Source: Flavobacteriales bacterium (lineage in GTDB: Bacteria; Bacteroidota; Bacteroidia; NS11-12g; UBA955). Taken from it: DNA of 64,000 nt. Each line of letters begins with the position of its first letter. Position 1 is the stretch's first letter. Positions 28,627-38,906 of the stretch are shown piece after piece. Location of the stretch: the NCBI GenBank assembly GCA_947463095.1, contig CANHRE010000001.1:10719-74718 (forward strand). Direction: 5' to 3'. The notes beneath the pieces were generated by a model that was not told the origin of the DNA, searched no databases, and was given only the letters and a program-made list of their open reading frames with translations. The translations under genes were made by a program, and so were the position numbers.

Positions 28627-31600
28627 TTATACTGTTTCGGTGTTTCTGATTTTGGTGAGGTATTTCACACTGCTCTGAACGTTCAGTTCTTCAAGCACGT
28701 GGAAGCCGCGTTCATTGCGGTAGAGCTTCGTAATTTCACTCTGCTCGTCATTCAGGTCTCCAAACACAATGGCATTGGCAGGACATGCGCGCTGACATGC
28801 AGTTTTAACCTCACCATCATTCAGGGAACGCTTTTCGCGCTTGGCCCTGAGTTTGCCTTCCTGAACTTTTTGAATGCAGAAGCTGCACTTTTCCATTACA
28901 CCGCGGGTACGAACAGTAACATCAGGATTGATTACCATCTTACCCAACTCGTTGTTGAAGTGATAATCAAAATTGCTGTTGTTGTTGTAGCGATACCAGT
29001 TGAAACGACGAACCTTATAAGGGCAGTTGTTTCCACAATATTTAGTACCAATACAGCGGTTATACGTCATCTGGTTGATGCCTTCCGTGCTGTGGGTGGT
29101 AGCCAATACAGGACAAACAGTTTCACAAGGAGCCTGACCGCAATGCTGACACATCATGGGCTGATGAACTACCTTCACATGTTCGTAATGCGCGTAAGCG
29201 GCACCTTGCTTGTTGCTCAGTTCTTTATCAAGGGCTTCTAAACCTTTTTCTTTAGTCAGATAAGCACCTTCATAATGTTCATTTTCCTTCTTAATAACGG
29301 TGCCATCGTTGCTGAAGGAATAGTAACGGTCAATACGAAGCCAGGTCATTTCCCTTCTTAGGATGATCTCCTTGCGTCCTACTATGGGCACGTTATTTTC
29401 TATGGAGCAACTCACCACGCAGGAACCACAACCGGTGCATGCATTAAGGTCAATGGCCATTGCCCACAGGTGACCGGTAGCTCCTTTCCTTCTGTATTCA
29501 GGAGTTTGCCAAACGGTATACATATGAGGTTTAGGCTCATCGTTGCCGGCTTTGGGATTCTTTTTCCAATCGGTAAAGGTGGCTTCCCTTACATGGTTCC
29601 TACCTTCTATGGTATGGTGGGTTTGGGTTTGTGCCAGTGCGTATGTGCCATCACCTTTGGAAACCTCAACACCGCGAACCACAAAACTGCGGCTGCTGCT
29701 GGTTCCCTGAAACAGCGGATATGCATTTACACCCACAGTATCCACTGCTTTTTCTGTGCTGCCTCCTACTTTACCGGCTGCAGTGCGTCCGTAGCCAAGT
29801 GCAAGGCCAATCGTTCCATTGGCTTGACCTGGCTGAATGATTACCGGAACATTATTCAGGGTAATACCGCCTGCTTTGATATTCACGGTGTCTCCCAGCT
29901 CAATGCCTTTGCTTACCGCCAGTGATTTAGGAAGTGTAACATAGTTATCCCAGCAAACCTTGCTCATCGGATCTGGCAATTCATGAAGCCATGGGTTATT
30001 CGCCATAGCACCATCCCTAAGTCCTACTTTCTGGTATAGCACCAAGTCAATCTGTCCTTCTTTTGAAACCGTGCTGTCCAAATATGAGCCTATGGCAGTA
30101 AGGTCAGAAGCATATGCCGGAACCACTGTGGTTTTAGGCTCTGAAGTGAGCACGCCGTCATGGAGGCACTGGTTAAAGCGGGTCTGGAAGTTTTCTGCAC
30201 CCAGTTTTTCCTGCCATACCGTTTGCATATAGGTATAGAACGGGGAAGTCTGGAAGCGTTGGTTCATGATCTGCTTATCAGCCATTGGATCCTTTTCAGG
30301 AGACAGAACACCAACGGACCAGCTCAACAGGCTCAATTGCGCCTGGCGGGTATTGAACACAGGGCTGATTACCGGTTGGGTGAAATGAAACTGGCCGGCT
30401 TTGGGCTCAGCATCGCTCCAGCTTTCCAGGAAATGGTTGTCAGGGCATACATAAGCACAGGCTGATGCTGTTTCGTCTTTTGAAGAGGCCGTTGAAACAG
30501 AAAGTTTAAGCTTACCTATGGCTTCTTTGATGGCTTTACCTTGATGGTGGCTGTATACGGGATTTACGTTGTAGAAGATAACCCCGGAAACTTTACCGGA
30601 ATTAATATCGGCCAACAGCGTATCCATGTCGCGGTCAACAGCTTTAAACTGATTGCTGTGGTTATCAAGGTCGATGGTCTGACCATAGTTACCCAGCATC
30701 ATATTGATGCCGTTCACGATCATTTGAAGCTTGGCATCGTTTGAACCACTGATTACTAAGCTCTTGCCTGCGTTTTTCAGCAGCATTTCTGCTGTTTGAG
30801 CGATGCTGTTACCTGCCAGCTCCCCGGAAGTTGCTACAGGAATCTGCTTCCCTCCTTTAGCCTGGGCAATTTTGTTGTACAGCGCTGCCAGGTAAATGCC
30901 TTCATTTCCGGATTTCATAGGGAAACGGTCATCGGCATTGGTACCTGTAAGGCTCAAATTGCTTTCAAACTGAATATGCTTGCTCATTTCCTTGCCTTGG
31001 GCAGGAACACGATTGCGCACATAAGACTTCGTAAACTCTACCGGAGAAATCCAGGTTCCCAGGAAATCAGCGCCGAAGCTGACAATCACCTGAGCTCTAT
31101 CGAAGTAATACGATGGGATAAGCTTTTTGCCAAAATCAGTTTCATTGGCTTCCAATATACCGCTGTATGAAACTGAGTCCCACATAATGTGGCGTGCAGT
31201 GGGGTATTTACCGGTGAAATCGGCTATAGTTCTGAGGGTAGAAGGACTGTGGTTACTTCCACTTACGATGGCAATTCCAGAACCGGCAGCAGCTAGATCG
31301 TTCAGGCTTTTGCTGATTTCAGCATCAATCGTAGTCCAATCACTTTCAGAACCTTTTTTAAGTGGATTAGCCAGACGCTCATTGTCGTATAGCGACAAGA
31401 TGCTGGCCTGGCCAACGGCACAAAGGCTGCCCTTCGCTTCAGGGCTCCTGTCGTTGCCATTGCTGACCAGGGAACGGCTGTTGCCGTCCAGTTTTATTGG
31501 TCGACCTTCGCGGGTCTTTACTTCAACACCGCAGGCGGTAGCACAGGCGCCGCAGGTGGAAGAATAGTAAAGCGGCACACCCGGAGTGATTTCCTCGGGT

Positions 31601-31845
31601 TTAACCAGATAAGGAACAGCGTTGCGTATGGGCGCCTTAAAACAAGATGCCAATGTTACAGCAGTTACGCTGAATCCAAAATATTTCAGGAAGTCCCGGC
31701 GGCTGGAGTTGAGTTCGAAGTTGCTTTCTTCCAAAACTTCCTGAAGCGGAAGGTCTTCTGCAAATTCATTCTTCTGTGACGTTGTAAACGCCTGGTCGCG
31801 TAACAACTCGTCTTCACCCTTCCAGTATTTTACTGATGGAGCCAT
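28627..31845 (-). CDS. actB: ACIII iron-sulfur subunit ActB (molybdopterin-oxidoreductase-like plus 4Fe-4S ferredoxin domains), Tat-secreted
   Basis: 1072 aa. The twin-arginine signal is SRRDFLKYFGFSVTAV. The N-terminal cluster is CGACATAC. The C-terminal ferredoxin motifs are CTGCGSCVVSC, CQHCGQAPCETVCP and CIGTKYCGNNCP. Confidence 0.8.
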   Translation of the reverse strand: MAPSVKYWKGEDELLRDQAFTTSQKNEFAEDLPLQEVLEESNFELNSSRRDFLKYFGFSVTAVTLASCFKAPIRNAVPYLVKPEEITPGVPLYYSSTCGACATACGVEVKTREGRPIKLDGNSRSLVSNGNDRSPEAKGSLCAVGQASILSLYDNERLANPLKKGSESDWTTIDAEISKSLNDLAAAGSGIAIVSGSNHSPSTLRTIADFTGKYPTARHIMWDSVSYSGILEANETDFGKKLIPSYYFDRAQVIVSFGADFLGTWISPVEFTKSYVRNRVPAQGKEMSKHIQFESNLSLTGTNADDRFPMKSGNEGIYLAALYNKIAQAKGGKQIPVATSGELAGNSIAQTAEMLLKNAGKSLVISGSNDAKLQMIVNGINMMLGNYGQTIDLDNHSNQFKAVDRDMDTLLADINSGKVSGVIFYNVNPVYSHHQGKAIKEAIGKLKLSVSTASSKDETASACAYVCPDNHFLESWSDAEPKAGQFHFTQPVISPVFNTRQAQLSLLSWSVGVLSPEKDPMADKQIMNQRFQTSPFYTYMQTVWQEKLGAENFQTRFNQCLHDGVLTSEPKTTVVPAYASDLTAIGSYLDSTVSKEGQIDLVLYQKVGLRDGAMANNPWLHELPDPMSKVCWDNYVTLPKSLAVSKGIELGDTVNIKAGGITLNNVPVIIQPGQANGTIGLALGYGRTAAGKVGGSTEKAVDTVGVNAYPLFQGTSSSRSFVVRGVEVSKGDGTYALAQTQTHHTIEGRNHVREATFTDWKKNPKAGNDEPKPHMYTVWQTPEYRRKGATGHLWAMAIDLNACTGCGSCVVSCSIENNVPIVGRKEIILRREMTWLRIDRYYSFSNDGTVIKKENEHYEGAYLTKEKGLEALDKELSNKQGAAYAHYEHVKVVHQPMMCQHCGQAPCETVCPVLATTHSTEGINQMTYNRCIGTKYCGNNCPYKVRRFNWYRYNNNSNFDYHFNNELGKMVINPDVTVRTRGVMEKCSFCIQKVQEGKLRAKREKRSLNDGEVKTACQRACPANAIVFGDLNDEQSEITKLYRNERGFHVLEELNVQSSVKYLTKIRNTETV

Positions 31846-31878
31846 GTATCTTCTAAGGTTTTTTCGGGTTAATGTTCA

Positions 31879-33192
31879 TTAATAATGGCACTTGGAACAT
31901 TCCAGACCGCCATTCATTCCGGCTGTTACTACAATGCGTCCGTTCTTGTCTTTGTATTTGCTCTTATCACCATTTTTGGCAATATCAGCCTTCACCTTTT
32001 CATGAAGCTTTTCGTAATAATCATTATGCTCCACCTGGATACCTGTTTGCCTGTGGCAATTGATACACCATCCCATAGTCAACTGTGACCATTGCTGTAC
32101 TTTTTCCATTTTTTGTACGGGACCGTGACAGGTTTGACAACTCAAACCGGCAACATTTACGTGCTGAGAGTGGTTGAAATATGCATGGTCCGGCAGGTTG
32201 TGTATGCGAACCCAGCGCACCGGACGGGGATTTTTACCGTAAGCCTCGTTTGCAGGCTTTTCAGGATCGTAATCCAGAGCGGCATAAATTTTCTTGATTT
32301 CGGGTGAAATTTCACCTTCATATTTATCACGGGCCTGAACAGCTTTGTGGCAATTCATACAAGTATTCAGGGCAGGAATGCTGGCACTCTTGCTCTTATC
32401 AGCAGAGCTATGGCAATATTTACAATCAATTCCGTATTGGTCTGCGTGGATTTTGTGCGAGAAGTTGATGGGTTGATCTGGGGCATAGCCTTTCTGCACA
32501 CCTACTTCGGTGATTCCGTATTCGTAGAATTGTACAAAACCCAAAATACCGAAAATGGAGAAGGCGAACATGGTCAGCACCACTGGATTCATGCGTGCCA
32601 GAGGACCTGGAAGCAAACGCTGGATGATGTTTCCTTTGGGCGCCTCTTCTTCCTGACCTTGACCTGCGGCAGCCAGTCGGTCCAAATCGCGTTTCACGCG
32701 TGCCAGAAGCAGGAACACCACCAGGAACAAACCTATCAACGCGAGCAGTACATATAAGGTGCTGTCGGGTGTCTGATCGGACTTGCTCTCACCACCTGGG
32801 GGAACCACTGCTTTTTTAGGCGCTTTGGCTGATTCCTCCTTTACGTAGGCGATGATGCTTTTAATATCTGTTTCAGCTAAACTGCCGAAAACAGGCATGA
32901 TGGAACCTCCGTTGTCGTTAAACACCTGGAGCGCCTGAGCATCGCCTGATTTCCGCAGGGCTTCATTGTTCTTGATCCATTTCAACAGCCATTCTTCACT
33001 ACGCCTAAGGTGCACGTCTTTCAGAGCAGGGCCTGCGCCTCTATTCTGTATTCCGTGACATGAAGCGCAATTGGCGTCGAAAATTTCTTTACCTTTTTTG
33101 GCATCCTGGGCATTCATCGAAGGAAGTGCCGCAAACAGGGCCACAAAACCCGCCAGGCGGAATTTTGATTGGAGCTGGTGTAAAACCCTCAT
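31879..33192 (-). CDS. actA: ACIII multiheme cytochrome c ActA-like with an N-terminal class-I cytochrome c domain. Six CxxCH motifs.
   Basis: 437 aa with a signal peptide. The six CxxCH motifs are CASCH, CKYCH, CMNCH, CQTCH, CINCH and CSKCH. Confidence 0.75.
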   Translation of the reverse strand: MRVLHQLQSKFRLAGFVALFAALPSMNAQDAKKGKEIFDANCASCHGIQNRGAGPALKDVHLRRSEEWLLKWIKNNEALRKSGDAQALQVFNDNGGSIMPVFGSLAETDIKSIIAYVKEESAKAPKKAVVPPGGESKSDQTPDSTLYVLLALIGLFLVVFLLLARVKRDLDRLAAAGQGQEEEAPKGNIIQRLLPGPLARMNPVVLTMFAFSIFGILGFVQFYEYGITEVGVQKGYAPDQPINFSHKIHADQYGIDCKYCHSSADKSKSASIPALNTCMNCHKAVQARDKYEGEISPEIKKIYAALDYDPEKPANEAYGKNPRPVRWVRIHNLPDHAYFNHSQHVNVAGLSCQTCHGPVQKMEKVQQWSQLTMGWCINCHRQTGIQVEHNDYYEKLHEKVKADIAKNGDKSKYKDKNGRIVVTAGMNGGLECSKCHY

Positions 33193-33473
33193 AAGTCCTT
33201 TAAAAACGTTCTTTTCAGACCTTTTTCAGGGTGCAAATATATACGGGGGCTGAAGCCGCGGGAAAGAAATTCTTAACACAAAAGGGAATTTGGAATCTGT
33301 CTAAAGTGAAATCGTAAATTATTGATTATCAATAGTTTACGAAGCATGTCAAGTCCATGAAATCCCCAAGTGCTTCTGCCATCATAAGGCATTGTCCACT
33401 TTAGGCCACCACTGTTTCAGCAAGCTTTCCGTTCTGCCTCTCAAAAAGCTGCTGGTGAAGCACTTCTGCTAAT

Positions 33474-34529
33474 GTGCGTAATTTGCAGCAAGAAACCATG
33501 AACCCTAACCTGGATCCAAACAGCGAGCGGATGAACCATAATGAAAAAGACCTGGAACGGGTGCTGCGGCCGGACCGCTTTGATGAATTCCAGGGCCAGG
33601 AAAAAGTTCTGGAAAACCTGACGGTATTTGTTCAGGCGGCAAAACTCCGCGGTGAAGCCCTGGATCATGTGCTACTGCACGGACCTCCCGGTCTAGGTAA
33701 AACTACCCTGAGCCAGATTGTGGCCAATGAATTAGGAGCCAGCCTGAAAATCACCAGTGGACCGGTACTGGAAAAACCCGGTGATTTGGCCGGCTTGCTT
33801 ACCAACCTGGAAGAAGGCGATGTGCTGTTTATTGATGAAATCCACCGATTGAGCCCTGTTGTCGAAGAATATTTGTATTCGGCCATGGAAGATTATAAGA
33901 TTGACATTATGATTGACACTGGCCCCAGCGCGCGCAGTGTTCAAATCAATCTGAATCCCTTCACCCTTGTGGGCGCTACCACCCGTTCAGGTTTGCTCAC
34001 GGCACCACTTCGCGCACGCTTTGGCATCACCTTCCGACTGGAATATTACAAGGCTTCTACCCTTGCTGGCATTTTGAAGCGGTCTGCAGGCATTATACAA
34101 ACACCTCTGGAAGAAGACGCAGCCATGGAGATTGCCCGTCGCAGCAGGGGAACTCCGCGCATAGCCAATGCACTTTTACGGCGCACACGCGACTTTGCCC
34201 AAATCCGCGGAAACGGAATCATCTCACTTGATATTGCACAGTATGCGCTTCAGGCACTGCATGTAGATGCGCATGGTCTAGATGAAATGGACAACAGAAT
34301 CCTGCTTACCATCATAGACAAATTTAAAGGCGGGCCGGTGGGCATCAACACGCTGGCTACCGCCGTTGGAGAAGAATCGGGAACCATTGAAGAAGTGTAC
34401 GAGCCTTTTTTGATTCAGGAAGGCTTTTTGATGCGCACCCCCCGCGGTCGTGAGGTTACCGAACAGGCCTATCGGCATCTGGGGCGTATGCGGCATCCGG
34501 GTTCACCCAATCTTTTTGACCAGGGTTAA
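33474..34529 (+). CDS. ruvB: Holliday junction branch migration helicase
   Basis: The Walker A motif [10 protein letters not shown], the LFIDEIHRL motif and the winged-helix C-terminus are present. Alternative starts are at 33498 or 33531. Confidence 0.9.
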   Translation: MRNLQQETMNPNLDPNSERMNHNEKDLERVLRPDRFDEFQGQEKVLENLTVFVQAAKLRGEALDHVLLHGPPGLGKTTLSQIVANELGASLKITSGPVLEKPGDLAGLLTNLEEGDVLFIDEIHRLSPVVEEYLYSAMEDYKIDIMIDTGPSARSVQINLNPFTLVGATTRSGLLTAPLRARFGITFRLEYYKASTLAGILKRSAGIIQTPLEEDAAMEIARRSRGTPRIANALLRRTRDFAQIRGNGIISLDIAQYALQALHVDAHGLDEMDNRILLTIIDKFKGGPVGINTLATAVGEESGTIEEVYEPFLIQEGFLMRTPRGREVTEQAYRHLGRMRHPGSPNLFDQG

Positions 34530-34530
34530 C

Positions 34531-35484
34531 ATGAATGCCTCGGAAAGGAGCCGCTCCGTGAAACTATGGGCTCAGGAACTGGGCTTCATGTTTTGTGGTA
34601 TTTCAGTGGCGCGTAAACTGGATGAAGAAGAAAAACATCTGGAAACATGGCTGAATAAAGGATATCAAGGAAGGATGCAATACCTGGAACGCCATGCAGA
34701 TGTGCGCCTGGATCCGAGATTGCTGCTGCCCGGTGCGAAGAGCGTTATCAGCCTTGCATTGAACTACTTCCCGAAAGAAGCACAAAGAGCAGATGCCCCG
34801 AAAATTGCCCGTTATGCCTACGGCCGCGACTACCATAAAGTGCTGAAAAAAAAACTGAAGGCATTGCTTCAACACATTCAGGAAACGTTTGGCACCGTGC
34901 AAGGCCGGGTATTTGCCGACAGCGCCCCAATTATGGAGCGCAAATGGGCTGAACTGTCGGGTTTAGGCTGGATAGGAAAAAACGGATTGTTGCTAACGAA
35001 AAATGTCGGTTCGTATTTCTTCCTCGCGGAAATCATCACCGACCTTGAACTGGAAGCCGATGGTCCTGTGAAGGATTATTGCGGCACCTGCACCGCCTGT
35101 ATAGATGCCTGCCCCACCCAGGCCATTCTGGACCATAAAACTCTGGATGCCGGTCGTTGCATCAGTTATCTGACCATCGAGCTGAAAGATGCCATTCCAA
35201 CTGCTTTCAAGGGGAACATGCAAAACTGGATGTTTGGATGTGACATATGCCAGGAAGTATGCCCATGGAACCGGTTCAGTAAACCACATCAGGAACCCGA
35301 TTTTGAACCCCACCCTGAACTGCTTTCAATGGACAAGGAAGCGTGGGAAGACATCACAGAGGAGGTGTTTCAGCGTGTTTTGGGCACATCGGCTGTGAAG
35401 CGTACTGGTTACTTGGGATTGAAACGCAATTTGATATTCCTGCGTGAAGACCGCCAGGAAACTATGGCAAGCCCAGAGGAGTAA
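34531..35484 (+). CDS. queG: epoxyqueuosine reductase
   Basis: The start was chosen at MNASERS immediately after the ruvB stop. The two 4Fe-4S motifs are CGTCTACIDACP and CDICQEVCPWN. Confidence 0.85.
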   Translation: MNASERSRSVKLWAQELGFMFCGISVARKLDEEEKHLETWLNKGYQGRMQYLERHADVRLDPRLLLPGAKSVISLALNYFPKEAQRADAPKIARYAYGRDYHKVLKKKLKALLQHIQETFGTVQGRVFADSAPIMERKWAELSGLGWIGKNGLLLTKNVGSYFFLAEIITDLELEADGPVKDYCGTCTACIDACPTQAILDHKTLDAGRCISYLTIELKDAIPTAFKGNMQNWMFGCDICQEVCPWNRFSKPHQEPDFEPHPELLSMDKEAWEDITEEVFQRVLGTSAVKRTGYLGLKRNLIFLREDRQETMASPEE

Positions 35485-35488
35485 CAGG

Positions 35489-36979
35489 TCAATCCTTGCG
35501 ATCCTTGCGTTTCTTCTTGCTTTTGCCAATGCCCGAACTCATACCAAAGTAAAAGTTAAATCCATTGAAGCCAGTTTTCTTAAAGCTGGTGAACAGGTTG
35601 TCGGTTCCAAAAAACACAGGGCCCAAACGGAGGAAGGCCCCCAGACCTGCATCCGTGTAATCGTTGTTTAAGGATACTGGTACGGAAATTTCAAAAAGGC
35701 GAGATTCAAAGCGCGGCATCACCACAATTCCCGAAGGCCTTCTGAAATTAACGCTGGACCGACTCACAAAACTCTGGTTCCACAGCATACCAAGGTAAAA
35801 AGACCTAAACAGGTTATAATCGAGCTGAACCGAAAGAGTACTGGGCATATTCACGCGGAAACTGTTCTGTTGTTCTTTGTAGTTCAGATTTCGTTGTGCG
35901 TAACCTTTCATCCAATCCAGACCCTGCTCAACACCTTGCTGGAATGCGGCACTAAAGGCACTGTCCTCGTTAAACAGCAAAGGGGTGGAACGGGAAACCG
36001 AATACGAAGTCACGTTCTTTTTATATTTAATCCCGCCCATATCCAACAGCGATACCCCAAGTCGCAGCAAGTATCGGTTCTTACCCTGCATCGCTTCAGT
36101 AAATTCAGGCCTCCATTCCATGGTTGCACCCAGATCGTAGCCGATGCCAAAACCATTCATATCGGGTTTAGGAAGAGACGACGACAAAATCCCTTTACTC
36201 AGGTTCTGAATGAAAGCTGAGTTTGAATATCCCAATTCCATGTCCATTCTGTTGATGCGCAAGGAATCGAGGTTCCGCACATCCAGCTCCAGTCCCTTAT
36301 TGTTCAAATAGAGTGAACCAATACCAAACAACGCCTTCACTGTCCCCCCTACTTTCAGGTAACGGCTTTTTTTATTGATCAGCACCAATGCCATGGTACC
36401 GGATATTTCCTGAAATGAATTCATGTTCAGGTTAAATGAGTTGTCGCCGCTCAGGGCCTGCTGATAGGTTGTGTCAATTCCGCGCCGCAGGGTGCGCGCC
36501 AGCTGTTCATCTACATTATTCAGGTTTATACCCAGCCTGGTGCGCAATCCTGCACCAACGGCAAGCCTCTTGGATAAGCTGACCATGGCGGAAGGACCTC
36601 GCCACTCCAAATTGTAAGCCACATTCTTTGGCTTACCGTTGAGCTGTTCTACCATCCATGAGTCGTCCCATTGAATCTGCCCTGATGAATTTTTCGCACT
36701 AGCCGGAACCGTACCCCGTATCAACTGTGTCAGGGTGAATGGTAATTCAAGACTCAGGTAATCATTGTAAAATGAGGTACCCAAAGCAGTAAGGTTCACA
36801 TGCAGTTTATACCTGGAATCTGCAATAGAAGATGGATTGATGTACATCCCATGAACGCCCTGAAAATTACTGATGTTCAACCCGTAAAACGATTGAGCCC
36901 TGAGGGATGTTAAGGCCAAGAAAAACACTACCGATAAGGCAGTGGCGTTGGTTCTGAAGAATCTTTGTTTCTGTTGCAT
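35489..36979 (-). CDS. hypothetical outer-membrane protein (putative beta-barrel), secreted
   Basis: The start was chosen at MQQKQRFF, giving a signal peptide FFLALTSLRAQS. The protein is rich in alternating Tyr/Gly/Asn beta-strand-like segments and ends in a basic tail, KSKKKRKDRKD. The longer ORF start at 37096 would overlap the next gene. Confidence 0.4.
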   Translation of the reverse strand: MQQKQRFFRTNATALSVVFFLALTSLRAQSFYGLNISNFQGVHGMYINPSSIADSRYKLHVNLTALGTSFYNDYLSLELPFTLTQLIRGTVPASAKNSSGQIQWDDSWMVEQLNGKPKNVAYNLEWRGPSAMVSLSKRLAVGAGLRTRLGINLNNVDEQLARTLRRGIDTTYQQALSGDNSFNLNMNSFQEISGTMALVLINKKSRYLKVGGTVKALFGIGSLYLNNKGLELDVRNLDSLRINRMDMELGYSNSAFIQNLSKGILSSSLPKPDMNGFGIGYDLGATMEWRPEFTEAMQGKNRYLLRLGVSLLDMGGIKYKKNVTSYSVSRSTPLLFNEDSAFSAAFQQGVEQGLDWMKGYAQRNLNYKEQQNSFRVNMPSTLSVQLDYNLFRSFYLGMLWNQSFVSRSSVNFRRPSGIVVMPRFESRLFEISVPVSLNNDYTDAGLGAFLRLGPVFFGTDNLFTSFKKTGFNGFNFYFGMSSGIGKSKKKRKDRKD

Positions 36980-37160
36980 GAAACTGTTAAATAATAACGC
37001 AAAATAAGCAATTGACTTATCAATCAAACTTGCTGGTGCTGAATATCTGCACCTGCAGCTTCGCATGAAGTTTAGAGATAAACCAATGACTATCAATCAT
37101 TTACAGGCATATTTAGCCTGTAATAAAATATTTGGCATAGTTATTGCTAAGCCCCCTGTA

Positions 37161-37739
37161 ATGAAAAAAGTCTGGATAAGCCTTGTTTTCATCTCCTTCA
37201 CGCTGGCCGGTTTTGCCATGTTAAAACCGAAGCACCAGGGTGTCGCAGCACAAACGGGTCCTGACAGCATTGTCCGCACCACAGCAGATTCACTCTTTAT
37301 AGATTCAGTGAACCTTCGTTTATCGCTCAAGGAGATCCCACCAGCCCGTTCAATGCATCAGGTTGCCCGATTTGTTATTGGTCACTGGGCGAAAGTTTTT
37401 ACCGTTATCAAACTACAGGAAAGCGGAGCTGACGGTAAAAACAGCTACCTGGCTGTTGAATTCAACAACCTCACAGGCATGCGGATGCCGGGAAACAGCC
37501 GCCCCACAACGGCAATTGGAAAAACCAAAACCAATTACGCCATCTTCAGCTCGTGGTATGGCTGCATGGTAGACTTCCATTACTATTTGGAACATACCCT
37601 CACGTTATTCAGAAAAGAACATAAACGCGAGCCGAAGGACGAATATGAGGTTATTGACTTCATGTTCGGCTCTTACAACCCTTACAGCAGTTGGAAAAAG
37701 GATATTTACTGGCTTCTGAAGAACTACCGATTTGAGTAA
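37161..37739 (+). CDS. GH73 glucosaminidase-like (peptidoglycan hydrolase-like) secreted protein
   Basis: The start was chosen at MKKVWISLVF, giving a signal or TM segment. The core LQESGADGKNSYLAVEFNNLTGMR resembles the FlgJ/GH73 ESGWG...NNLFG motif. Confidence 0.4.
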   Translation: MKKVWISLVFISFTLAGFAMLKPKHQGVAAQTGPDSIVRTTADSLFIDSVNLRLSLKEIPPARSMHQVARFVIGHWAKVFTVIKLQESGADGKNSYLAVEFNNLTGMRMPGNSRPTTAIGKTKTNYAIFSSWYGCMVDFHYYLEHTLTLFRKEHKREPKDEYEVIDFMFGSYNPYSSWKKDIYWLLKNYRFE

Positions 37740-38906
37740 TCAGGCATGTCCGTATTTACGGCGCATACGAAGCAGAAACAAGAATGCCGCAAGTGTACAG
37801 CAAGCGGCCATGGCAAAAAGCGATGGCAGTCTTTGATTGTCGTTTGCATAGTAAAAACCACCGCCAAGACCTCCAATGGTAATGCCCAGCTCCAGGGCAA
37901 TGTACAGTGTAGCCAGCGACCTTCCTTTCTTTTCAGGCTGACTTAGGTCTGTAGTCCAGGCAAACAATGCCGGTGCATTAAAACCCTGTCCAAAACCAAA
38001 CAAAACTGCAGAGGTGATGAATCCAGCCGTGCCCAGGTTGAGCGACAGCAGCAGCAAACTCAGGGTGAGCAATCCTGTTCCGATAAATACCGACAGCATT
38101 CTCCCGAAGCGATCGGCCAGCCTTCCGGAAATGAGCCTTACCAGCAGAGATGCTAAGATATACACACTCATGTACACCCCTTTATTGGAAAAACCCAGCG
38201 CTGCGGTATAATCAGGGATCACGGTCAATACCACGCCCAATGAAGCGCAAACCAGCACCATGATTACGGATGGCACCCATACATCTGTATCCAGCACATT
38301 GCGCCATTCAATAGCCAGCAAGTTCCGACTGAAGCGCTGCCTCCGCCAAAGTGTTTCAGGCAGGCGGAAAAACATGAATAAAGCAGCAGCAGCAGCGGCG
38401 GCAGAAACGATATACATCCAATCGCGTGACAGGTAAGTTGCTGCCAATGGGCCGATGGAGAAACCGATGGCTGTTCCCACGTTGCTCAGTAACCCATGAA
38501 TACCCATAGCCTCTGCCCTTCTGGAGGGATGCACACTATCAGCAATGAAGGCGGTACTGCCTGTTGGGGTAAATCCGGTACTCATCCCATGCAACAATCT
38601 CAATGCAAAGAACATCGAAACCACTTCCACAAAAGGATAGCATAAACCGCACAACATGGTTGCCAGGGCGCCAAGCATCATGACAGGTTTTCGTCCGATG
38701 CTGTCTGTAAGCACGCCGCTGAATGGCCTCGAAATCAATGCCATCAGGGAAAATACCGGAATCACTAATCCCTTCAGGTCGGGCCTTCCCAACTCGGTAA
38801 GGTGCTGATTAAACTCCGGTACGGGAAGGTTAAAACTGCAAAAAAACAAGAGGGAACCCAGACTCATCATCCAAAACTGCCTGGGAAAGGGGATGCGTTC
38901 AGTCAT
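37740..38906 (-). CDS. MFS transporter
   Basis: 388 aa with 12 predicted TM segments. The MFS motif is GVLTDSIGRKPVM. Confidence 0.8.
   Translation of the reverse strand: MTERIPFPRQFWMMSLGSLLFFCSFNLPVPEFNQHLTELGRPDLKGLVIPVFSLMALISRPFSGVLTDSIGRKPVMMLGALATMLCGLCYPFVEVVSMFFALRLLHGMSTGFTPTGSTAFIADSVHPSRRAEAMGIHGLLSNVGTAIGFSIGPLAATYLSRDWMYIVSAAAAAAALFMFFRLPETLWRRQRFSRNLLAIEWRNVLDTDVWVPSVIMVLVCASLGVVLTVIPDYTAALGFSNKGVYMSVYILASLLVRLISGRLADRFGRMLSVFIGTGLLTLSLLLLSLNLGTAGFITSAVLFGFGQGFNAPALFAWTTDLSQPEKKGRSLATLYIALELGITIGGLGGGFYYANDNQRLPSLFAMAACCTLAAFLFLLRMRRKYGHA

Noticed and set aside
33321-33333. An FNR box
   Set aside because: The half-sites match TTGAT/ATCAA, but the spacer is 1 nt where FNR needs 4. 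It cannot be called an FNR site, so it is reported only as a generic palindrome.
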